Shown: in pieces, positions 27,635 through 35,371 of the stretch
How positions within the stretch are numbered: position 1 is the first letter of the stretch
Layout: every line of letters begins with the position of its first letter
The notes under the pieces: generated by a model
Databases searched by the model: none
What the model was told of the DNA's origin: nothing
What the model saw: the letters and a program-made list of their open reading frames with translations, nothing else
Origin: a virus
Direction: 5' to 3' (one strand)
Length of the DNA: 64,000 nucleotides
Virus record (IMG/VR): IMGVR_UViG_3300045020_000106
Span: 6,287 to 70,286 of that record
Made by a program: the position numbers and the translations under genes

Positions 27635-29335
27635 ATGAACCGTATCGTAAAAGCGGCCTTGGCCGCAATCGCGCTTCTCTGCTCTCTGGCTTTCGCGCAG
27701 GGGCCATCGTCTTATCCACCGACGTGGGTCTATGCCCGCGCCTACAACGGCTGGAATCTTGTGGGTCAAACGGCCAGCACCTATACGTTCAATGGTGGTG
27801 TCTGTAACTACTCACCATACAACAACGGCAATACGCCTTCGTTCTTCGACTTCTCCGGCTTCCAGGGATCGACGCAGGTCTACAACCCGGTTCTGATCAC
27901 CGATACCAACCCTGCGCTGAGTGAAATTGTCACGCCGACCTCGACCACGCAAACTTCTGCCTCGTGCGGTTTTGCGGCGACGACAGTGAACTCGCACACC
28001 AGTTTCACCTTGAGTTCCGGCACCATTGGACTGCAGGAAGCCATTACCAATCAGTTGCAGTCGACGCCAGCCTTCGTGGTAGTTCTCGACAAATACTGGT
28101 ATCAACTCGTGGCGGCCCTCCCCGGCTATCCCAACACGGTCAATGCTCAAACAATCATCGCGGCAGCGACCGGCACAGCCAACGTCTATATCGTGGACAC
28201 GACAACCGCGCCGTGGACGTTTTACTCATGGAACGGCTCGAAGTATGTTGCAGACTCTTCCACCGGTGGAATTCCCTTCACCAGTTTGACGGTGCTGGCG
28301 GCTCCGGTGGCTCCCACGACCGTCGCGGCCACTTGCGCAACCAACGGCGGCGGTTGTATCACCACAGCGACCACGGGCGGGACCATCCCAGCCTCGGGTG
28401 CTTATACCGTCGGCCAAACCTACGTCACAGCCCTGGGCGGTGAGACGGTGATGTCGACCGACACAGCTTCAGGCGCTACGGTGACCGTTGGTTCGACGGC
28501 GACAAATACCATCACCGTAACCTCTCCGGCAGCGGAAACGGGTGCTGTAGGATGGCGTTTGTATCTGACGGCGGCTTCAGGAGCGACTGGCACGGAAATC
28601 CTCTACGCTTCGTCCTGTGTTGCTCCGTCGTCCACGTCGTCTGGTTATTCCAGCGGCCAGATCGTACTGAACGGTGTCTGTGCCATCGGAGCCAACGCCA
28701 CGATTACGGCTATCGTGACGGGCACGGCTGCGGCTCCGGTGTTGCCATCTGTTGGTGGAACCTATTCAGCCCCCAACACGGCGTTCCCTGTGGCGTCAGG
28801 ATCAACTTCTCCGCTGCAGAACATCGTGAGCTATCCTCCGTTCACCAACGTAGCAACCATTGCTGCGGCTGCGACCGGAAACCTGGGATATGTCAACTTC
28901 CCCACCGGATTCCTGAATAGCCTAGGGCGGCATATTAAAGTCCACGGCACGGGATTTGGGACGACCAACGCTACCACCGGGACTCTGACTCTTGCGACGC
29001 TGTTGTATAGCGTTCCGGGAGTAACTTCCATCACACCGTTCACCGCAGTCAGCGGAACGACCTCGGCGTCGGCCGTCGTAAACTTCACCTTTGACATCGA
29101 CTACACCACGACAGTTGTGGGAACGTCGGGCAAACTCGAAGCGCACGGAACCGTATGTTACAACCTGGCTGGCACCGCTGTTTGCACGCCAGCACAGGAT
29201 TTGATCACTGCTGCTTCTTCCGCGATCGATCTCACCAAGCAGGATCAGCTTGCGATCACACTGAAGCCAACGACGACCGCCATCACCACCGGCGGCGCGC
29301 AGTTGCGTCAATTGACCGTGCAGGTGCTGCAGTAG
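27635..29335 (+). CDS. Thr/Ser-rich virion appendage/decoration-like protein with a signal peptide
   Basis: AAGGAG RBS; MNRIVKAALAAIALLCSLAFA|Q; FN3-like TGGTIPASGAYTV..TYVTALGGET...GAVGWRLY. Confidence 0.7.
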   Translation: MNRIVKAALAAIALLCSLAFAQGPSSYPPTWVYARAYNGWNLVGQTASTYTFNGGVCNYSPYNNGNTPSFFDFSGFQGSTQVYNPVLITDTNPALSEIVTPTSTTQTSASCGFAATTVNSHTSFTLSSGTIGLQEAITNQLQSTPAFVVVLDKYWYQLVAALPGYPNTVNAQTIIAAATGTANVYIVDTTTAPWTFYSWNGSKYVADSSTGGIPFTSLTVLAAPVAPTTVAATCATNGGGCITTATTGGTIPASGAYTVGQTYVTALGGETVMSTDTASGATVTVGSTATNTITVTSPAAETGAVGWRLYLTAASGATGTEILYASSCVAPSSTSSGYSSGQIVLNGVCAIGANATITAIVTGTAAAPVLPSVGGTYSAPNTAFPVASGSTSPLQNIVSYPPFTNVATIAAAATGNLGYVNFPTGFLNSLGRHIKVHGTGFGTTNATTGTLTLATLLYSVPGVTSITPFTAVSGTTSASAVVNFTFDIDYTTTVVGTSGKLEAHGTVCYNLAGTAVCTPAQDLITAASSAIDLTKQDQLAITLKPTTTAITTGGAQLRQLTVQVLQ

Positions 29336-29363
29336 CGTGCTTTCTCCTTTGAGGGTTGCAACC

Positions 29364-30827
29364 ATGAAGCGCTTATTGCTTTCACTCTTTTGTCTCTGCC
29401 TGCCCGCTCTGGCCCAGCGGGCAGGTCCATTTTCTCTCAACGCGGTTGGAACTTCGGGAGTCTCGTCATGTGCGACGATCTCCGTAAACTTCCAATCCAA
29501 TTCCACGGTTTACATTGATGTCAGCGGGACATTTTCCGCCACACTTCAGCCGGCGATCGTGCGGGCCGCGCCCGGTACCGCGCGTAACGTGCAAGTCACG
29601 CCAGTCAACTCAACCACCCAACAGTCGACCATTACCACGGGTGGCGGGTATTGGGCGACGGTCACAGGCGCGGATACCTTTCAAGCCTGTGTCAGTTCTT
29701 ATGCCAGCGGGACCGCCGTTGTTTACCTGACAGTTTCAAATGGCAGTGCGCGCTCGCCGGGAACAGGTGGTAGTGGTGGCGGGGTGACCAGCGTGGCGCA
29801 GACTGTGCCCTCATGGCTCACGGTGACAGGCTCGCCGGTAACTACGAGTGGGACGCTGGCAATTGCTCCTACGACGGCGCAAACATCGCATCAGGTTATT
29901 GGGACATGCGGCACAGCGACTACCTTCGCTCCTTGCGCGCTTGTGGCGGGAGATATGCCAACCGCCATTCCCATCGCTAACATAGGCAGCGCTGGGCTGA
30001 GCGGCTCCACGGGCATCTCAATTGCCTCGACGGGAGCCATCAGCCAAGCGCTGACCTTCGATAGCACTAGTACGGGCCTGACGACCCCAGCAGGCAACGC
30101 TTCATGGACCTTCCCCACCACTAACTCTTTAACCATTGGACAGGGGACGCCGGTAGCTTCGACGCCGAATGTAACCATCAGCGGAGCGCCGTTTACCACC
30201 GGCAATGCCACGACCAACTTTCCAATGTTTTATCTGAACTGCAGTGGTTCCTCTGGCCCAACCACTTTAGGGACTTCGGGAACGATTTTTGGTATCAATA
30301 CCTGTTCGGGATTTGCCGGGAACTTTATCGATTACCACATCAACGGCGGGCCAACAAAATTTCTCGTGGGCAACAGCGGCAACATCAACATGGCCGCCAG
30401 AATCACCAACTACAACGGCTTGGTTGGCGTAGGGGAGAGTTTTTGCTTAATCGTGGGATCGACTTCGCAGAAGGCGGAAACCGGCGCGGATACATCTTTG
30501 CTGACGATTACTCCACCCGCCACAGCCGGAGGCTATAAGGCTCACATCGTAATGTCGGTTTCAGCCGCCAGCGCGGCGGTTCTGGGATGGACGGCGACTT
30601 ATACCGATTCCAACGGCAACGCGCAGACGCCAACCAATCTCGCATTGCTGCAAAATGGCACCGCAGTTCCAGCATTGACCTTCACGGTTGCCTCGGGAAC
30701 GTCGAATCTGTATGGCGACTTTTATTTCGACATCAACAACGCCGCAGCGGCAATCACTATCAAGACTACGTTTACGGGAACATCGGTGGCCTATAAGGCT
30801 TCAGCGACGATCTGTGAGCAGCAGTAA
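29364..30827 (+). CDS. Tail fibre-like protein with a signal peptide
   Basis: MKRLLLSLFCLCLPALA|Q; GGGVTSVAQTVPSWLTVTGSPVTTSGTLAI fibre repeat; ALVAGDMP. Confidence 0.72.
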   Translation: MKRLLLSLFCLCLPALAQRAGPFSLNAVGTSGVSSCATISVNFQSNSTVYIDVSGTFSATLQPAIVRAAPGTARNVQVTPVNSTTQQSTITTGGGYWATVTGADTFQACVSSYASGTAVVYLTVSNGSARSPGTGGSGGGVTSVAQTVPSWLTVTGSPVTTSGTLAIAPTTAQTSHQVIGTCGTATTFAPCALVAGDMPTAIPIANIGSAGLSGSTGISIASTGAISQALTFDSTSTGLTTPAGNASWTFPTTNSLTIGQGTPVASTPNVTISGAPFTTGNATTNFPMFYLNCSGSSGPTTLGTSGTIFGINTCSGFAGNFIDYHINGGPTKFLVGNSGNINMAARITNYNGLVGVGESFCLIVGSTSQKAETGADTSLLTITPPATAGGYKAHIVMSVSAASAAVLGWTATYTDSNGNAQTPTNLALLQNGTAVPALTFTVASGTSNLYGDFYFDINNAAAAITIKTTFTGTSVAYKASATICEQQ

Positions 30828-30850
30828 ATTTCGAAACGGAGGGCAATAGC

Positions 30851-31039
30851 ATGAATCCAACATTCAAAGCATGGGCCATCGCGGCCATGAACGCACTTCT
30901 CAGTGGCGCATTTGCCGCCATGGGTTCGCTAGCTGCGGGGCTTACGGTAAAGCAGGCAGTGATCGTAGTCGGGTTTGCCGCGGTGGGCTCGTTCGGAAAA
31001 TGGTACGCGCAGCACCCTATTCCCGGCGGCGAGCAGTAA
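30851..31039 (+). CDS. Holin-like 2-TM protein
   Basis: 62 aa, two hydrophobic helices, GGAGG RBS, lies before the lysis-like genes. Confidence 0.55.
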   Translation: MNPTFKAWAIAAMNALLSGAFAAMGSLAAGLTVKQAVIVVGFAAVGSFGKWYAQHPIPGGEQ

Positions 31040-31085
31040 GCGTATTATTGTAGCGCCACTTTGTACTCTAGAGAGGCGAGGCACT

Positions 31086-31364
31086 GTGAATGACAACCCT
31101 TTGCTTGCTATGTTTCTCGACGCCGATTTGGGAAAGTGGGAGTTTAGAACATACGGTATTCTCCTGGTTGCTGCGCCTGTGCTTTTTAAGCTTGTTGCTG
31201 ATCGCGTGCTCAACCGTCTTATCCGCTATTGGGATAATTTCCAAAGGACACGACGGGCTGACCACCTCCGGCTCTGGCAGCACGACGCAGAACTGGTGGA
31301 GAAAGTTCGCGGTGGTAAACCTTTTCCTAACCTGGCGGCAGAAGAGAGAGACGCGGAGAATTGA
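31086..31364 (+). CDS. Membrane protein (may be the 5' part of 31417-31848)
   Basis: GTG start after GAGG; TM helix; (GA)n run at 31343-31351 near the frame switch. Confidence 0.45.
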   Translation: MNDNPLLAMFLDADLGKWEFRTYGILLVAAPVLFKLVADRVLNRLIRYWDNFQRTRRADHLRLWQHDAELVEKVRGGKPFPNLAAEERDAEN

Positions 31365-31416
31365 AGCCTTGCGCGAATACCGTTCGCATCTGGAAAAGTT
31401 TATTCCTCCGCGCGGC

Positions 31417-31848
31417 ATGGCGCGCTTCTGGAGCACGATCTTTTCCGTCGTTATCGCCATGTGGGCTGCGACCGGAATATGGGCAGTGCAGGACCATAAG
31501 CGCGTACAGCAGCAGGAGCAGCAGATTCAGGAATTGCAGGCGGAAATTGCTCACTACCGCGCAGGCGAAGTCACGGAATATAATCTTACGGTTCTGGGGC
31601 GCGACTCCGACGGGGATTATGACTTCATCAGCGATCAGGAGCCGCACGGCGGATCGTTTCGTCCCTGTCGAGCGGACATTCAAAACGGTGTCAATGTCTA
31701 CGCTATTCTTGATGCTGCAATCCACTACGGACGCAAGATTCCTCGCGTGGTTTGGGAGGAGCGCGGGGACTGCAAGAGCATCCTACGCGACGGCTTAGGT
31801 TTTTGGTTCAAAGACAAAAGCAATTTCCATCTCACAGGGGGCGACTGA
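31417..31848 (+). CDS. TM plus coiled-coil periplasmic protein
   Basis: TM FSVVIAMWAATGIWAV followed by QQQEQQIQELQAEI. Confidence 0.55.
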   Translation: MARFWSTIFSVVIAMWAATGIWAVQDHKRVQQQEQQIQELQAEIAHYRAGEVTEYNLTVLGRDSDGDYDFISDQEPHGGSFRPCRADIQNGVNVYAILDAAIHYGRKIPRVVWEERGDCKSILRDGLGFWFKDKSNFHLTGGD

Positions 31849-32066
31849 TGGCGAACGGAAACACACCACCGAACAAGTGGTCTGAAGCCTTTTCAACGCA
31901 GGGCATGACTAAACCTTCAGACTTCTCCGATGCGATCAACGCGCTGGCGGCGAAGGGATTCACCGGGCCAGTGGCAATTAGTCCGGCACCCAGGAGCGCG
32001 CCGGACTACGGTCTGGGCAACTGGGTATCGGTTGGCGGTTACGACGACGATCCACACGAATCCTAA
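31848..32066 (+). CDS. Hypothetical protein
   Basis: AGGGGG RBS; TGATG overlap. Confidence 0.5.
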   Translation: MANGNTPPNKWSEAFSTQGMTKPSDFSDAINALAAKGFTGPVAISPAPRSAPDYGLGNWVSVGGYDDDPHES

Positions 32067-32070
32067 CAAT

Positions 32071-32395
32071 GTGTTCCTTGCTGAGGATGGCTTCCCATTT
32101 GAAAAAGTTCCTGGGTACGCGATTCTTGTCGCTGCTACCTGCTGGGGCGTGGCGCAAGTGGTCAAAGTACTCAGGAACGGGAAGTCAGACCCGGATCCCA
32201 AGCGCCCTTCAGCGGGTGAACTCGATCCGGCCGAATGGGAAAAAAGAATTGCCGACATCTTCGACCGGCGATTATCGCGGCGCAATCTGGAAATTGCAGA
32301 AGTCTTTCGTGCTCTGATTAACGAAGAGCATAGCAGTCATGTGGATGAAATCCGCAGGGCTGTGCGCGAAGTTCTGAAAGAAAAAAAATCTGTGA
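32071..32395 (+). CDS. Single-TM protein (holin-like), read fused to the next gene through an A8 run
   Basis: TM helix; with A7 at 32381 it would end EKNL* in a GTGA overlap. Confidence 0.45.
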
Positions 32396-32811
32396 TCTCA
32401 CGTCAGTCTATTCGTTGTCCGCATTGCAAATTGATGCAGTTCAAGCGCAAGAGCGAGATTTGCGTGCGCTGTAAGCAGAGTTACGCGCCGCGGATCGAAC
32501 CTGTTGCTCCTGTGGTTGCGATTGATCGAGTGACTCGCTTTACGCCTCACCAGTTGCATTCGTTTGAGTTCTGGATTGGCGTGGTGATGTGCTGGTTGCG
32601 TGTTCGCCGTGGACTCGGGGCGCTGGACTTAACGGAGCGAGCGGGGCTCAGTAGGCAATATGTCTGCAAGGTGGAAATGGGTAGGGCCGTCCCGAGCATC
32701 ACGCCACACAGGGGAAAGATGAAGTGGAGCTTTGATCGTTACTGCGAAGCCCTAAACACCACGCCTCTGCATGTACTTCGCATGACCGAATTTCTGGTGA
32801 CCGGGCAATGA
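32392..32811 (+). CDS. Zn-ribbon plus XRE HTH transcription regulator (Acidobacteria-type)
   Basis: IRCPHCKLMQF...CVRC; LRVRRGL...LTERAGLSRQYVCKVEMG..VPS. Confidence 0.75.
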   Translation: MISRQSIRCPHCKLMQFKRKSEICVRCKQSYAPRIEPVAPVVAIDRVTRFTPHQLHSFEFWIGVVMCWLRVRRGLGALDLTERAGLSRQYVCKVEMGRAVPSITPHRGKMKWSFDRYCEALNTTPLHVLRMTEFLVTGQ

Positions 32812-33182
32812 GCTGGAAGTACTCGCAGTCCTCTGGAGCGATCTCGAAGGACGGCATCACGGTAGGCTCCGGTTACTCCGGCTATCAGGAGGGACTGGAT
32901 AACCCGCAAATGGAGCAGACGGTTGGGATAGGGCCAATTCCGCAAGGCTTGTGGACGATCTCCGGGCCGCCCTTCGACAACCCCGAGCATGGGTCCTATT
33001 GTTTGCGGCTCTCTCCGCAGGCAGGAACTTTCACCTTTGGCCGCGATGGATTTCTGATTCACGGGGATGAAGTAGAGCATGCGGGCGAGCACTTAGCTTC
33101 CCGTGGCTGCATTGTGACGGATCGCGTAACCCGCACGCGGATTTATCAAAGCGGAGACACTACTTTGGAGGTAACACCATGA
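32808..33182 (+). CDS. Tlde1/DUF2778-like L,D-transpeptidase-fold enzyme (endolysin candidate)
   Basis: GYSG...N......GPIPQG...RDGFLIHGD...ASRGCIV (YkuD-type His...Cys motif). Confidence 0.85.
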   Translation: MSWKYSQSSGAISKDGITVGSGYSGYQEGLDNPQMEQTVGIGPIPQGLWTISGPPFDNPEHGSYCLRLSPQAGTFTFGRDGFLIHGDEVEHAGEHLASRGCIVTDRVTRTRIYQSGDTTLEVTP

Positions 33183-33694
33183 AGACTCTCTTGTTGGCCG
33201 TTTGCATCGTCCTGATGACCGCAGTTTGCTTTTGCCAGACAACACCCACTACGCCGCCGAGCGCATTTCAGGACACCACGATCAGCTTCAATTTGACGCC
33301 CATCACTCTTCCGCGGACAGGCACGACTTTGGCCGGCGCTGAGACGGATGCCTTGATTGCCTTCACGCCCAATAACGCCATCGGCGAGACGACTTTGATC
33401 AGCGCGGAGCCGTTCATCGGCGCCCGCTATGAGCGAACCTTTCCATCAATCGCGAAGTGGCTGCAAAATCACACCTCGCTGACTGGCGGTAACTTCGAAG
33501 CGGGAATTACGATCAGCGGCGGAGTAGTCAAGGCCAACAAGGAGTATTGGGGGGAGCGCGCCGGAATCTTCCTCAAGTACGCTCCCAATGGGGCGACCAA
33601 CTTCAATATCGGCGTCGATGCGGAATGGAACAACCTTCCGGGCATCGCGCACAATATCCCGAGCATTGCTGTCGGCCCGAATTTCCGTTTCTAG
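33179..33694 (+). CDS. Outer-membrane beta-barrel-like protein with a signal peptide
   Basis: MKTLLLAVCIVLMTAVCFC|Q; alternating beta strands; C-terminal GPNFRF. Confidence 0.6.
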   Translation: MKTLLLAVCIVLMTAVCFCQTTPTTPPSAFQDTTISFNLTPITLPRTGTTLAGAETDALIAFTPNNAIGETTLISAEPFIGARYERTFPSIAKWLQNHTSLTGGNFEAGITISGGVVKANKEYWGERAGIFLKYAPNGATNFNIGVDAEWNNLPGIAHNIPSIAVGPNFRF

Positions 33695-33697
33695 TTT

Positions 33698-33892
33698 ATG
33701 GCTTGCGCGACTCTTCAACCCCGCTGCTTGGTCTGTGGGCACTACGGCCACAGACCGGGCAAACGTTGTCCCTTGAACAACCTCGTCGACACCCGCAAGG
33801 TCGTATCGGCGAAAGAATTATTTCCGCACAATCCCGATCTGGCGGCCATGCTAGATCGGATGAGAAAGTCATGGACGCCACAGTTCGCATAG
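33698..33892 (+). CDS. Small Zn-knuckle protein
   Basis: CLVCGHYGH....CP. Confidence 0.45.
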   Translation: MACATLQPRCLVCGHYGHRPGKRCPLNNLVDTRKVVSAKELFPHNPDLAAMLDRMRKSWTPQFA

Positions 33893-34180
33893 AAAACCGT
33901 CGAAGCCCGAGAGACTTCGACGGTGGTTGTTTGTGGTTACGCAGCGATGCGAGATGCTTCCACGGGAGCGACAATATGCGCAAGGCATTGGCTATGGACG
34001 TAGCCCTTGCCTTTCGGGTTGTCTTGATGGAAGCGCGCACTGTAGCCAATCGTCTTCTGGCAAAAGCGACAGTGCGACACAGCGATGGCGTGCCGTTGGC
34101 GGCAGGCATCGTGCTCGCAGTTGTTCAGGCAGAGGATAAATTCGCTGCCCGTTTCTGACGTGACGTTCAGAGTTGCCAAC

Positions 34181-34423
34181 ATGCGCGAGATGCTACCAGT
34201 GGCGCACATGGGAAATCTGTTCAATTTTGCTCACCATTCAATTGCTATTGAAACCGCACGCTGTAAGACGAAAGCTTGTGTATGGCCTCCGGTCGAAGGA
34301 ATGGGATTATGCGCTCACTGCCTGAAGGATTTGACGTTGGAAGTTTCTCCCATCCCCGCGATTGACCTGCTGGAAATCATTCCCAGAGCGGGGAAGATCG
34401 ATCGAGGGTACGTACGAGCGTAG
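34181..34423 (+). CDS. Small Zn-finger protein
   Basis: CKTKAC..P.....LCAHC; start uncertain. Confidence 0.4.
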   Translation: MREMLPVAHMGNLFNFAHHSIAIETARCKTKACVWPPVEGMGLCAHCLKDLTLEVSPIPAIDLLEIIPRAGKIDRGYVRA

Positions 34424-34425
34424 AT

Positions 34426-34704
34426 ATGCTGCTATCTGGCCTAAGCCGAAGGGCATTCTTCTCGAAACTGCTAATCGGTATTCCGGTTCTGGCGATGGGC
34501 CAGAAGGCCGTCATGAGCGGGAATCGAGCGGTGATTTGTGACAGTGAATCGGTGCTCTGTCCCAATGGTCATAAAACCTGCCGCATCATCGACGCGCCCT
34601 TGGTGGTGGGAAATGACAATCGAGAATATCCGGATCAGGCGCAACTGTTTGGCTTTCATGTGCTGAGATGCAGTGAGTGCCACGTCTTGTTTACCCGTGA
34701 GTAG
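34426..34704 (+). CDS. Tat-signal small Zn-ribbon protein
   Basis: SRRAFFSK twin-arginine motif, hydrophobic core, AMG|Q; CPNGH...CSEC. Confidence 0.6.
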   Translation: MLLSGLSRRAFFSKLLIGIPVLAMGQKAVMSGNRAVICDSESVLCPNGHKTCRIIDAPLVVGNDNREYPDQAQLFGFHVLRCSECHVLFTRE

Positions 34705-34713
34705 AGAGGGCTT

Positions 34714-35106
34714 ATGACTCAGGTCAATCCAAAGGTATCGAACATTGCTCTGAACGCCAAAGGTGGGGCGCTGACCAACATCACCCTAACCATCATGGCG
34801 TCCAAGGTCGAAGTCATCGAAGACCCCAACTTCAACGGCGGAGTGCAGCAAGGGCTGACCGGCTTCTACATTGACACACAACCCCCACAGTCCACTCTGA
34901 TTCCAAGCCCGGCACAACAGCAAACCTGGCTACCAGCCAACAACGGGCAAACCGGACACGCCTATGAGCCCATCATCTTCGGCGGAACCGACGGGCGCGT
35001 GCATGGCGGAGAAGGCAATTACGTCGGCGCACAGGGAACCGTCATCCTGCAGTTGACGACGAATTCCGAAAACCCTGGCGGCGTGCTTTTGGTCGAGTGG
35101 CCTTAG
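34714..35106 (+). CDS. Putative virion structural protein
   Basis: GAGGG RBS; beta-rich. Confidence 0.55.
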   Translation: MTQVNPKVSNIALNAKGGALTNITLTIMASKVEVIEDPNFNGGVQQGLTGFYIDTQPPQSTLIPSPAQQQTWLPANNGQTGHAYEPIIFGGTDGRVHGGEGNYVGAQGTVILQLTTNSENPGGVLLVEWP

Positions 35107-35110
35107 AGTT

Positions 35111-35371
35111 ATGAGATTCCCCTTTGTATCTCGCGGCCGTTACGACGAACTGAAGCAGCGCCTGGATGCCAGCGAAGCCGAGCGCGCGAAACTCCTCGAA
35201 GCCCTTCTATTGAAACCGGAAGAGAAGCGAGAAGAGAAGAAAGAAACTTCGCGAGAATCCACCGCGGATTACTCTGACGCGGACCCGTTCAGCCGCGCCG
35301 AACGGCGATTTTATAACGCGGTGAAAAGGGGCCCAATCCCCGATAAGTTCAAGGTTCGACTCCACGGATGA
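35111..35371 (+). CDS. Hypothetical coiled-coil protein upstream of the portal
   Basis: MRFPFVSRGRY; ATGA overlap with the portal. Confidence 0.6.
   Translation: MRFPFVSRGRYDELKQRLDASEAERAKLLEALLLKPEEKREEKKETSRESTADYSDADPFSRAERRFYNAVKRGPIPDKFKVRLHG

Noticed and set aside
31090-31416. ORF 31090-31848 as one 252-aa protein
   Set aside because: The 5' part reads as off-frame sequence of 31086-31364; better explained by two genes or an indel.
33871-34160. Gene in the 33.9-34.2 kb gap
   Set aside because: Several overlapping frames, none with a convincing RBS or motif; left uncalled.
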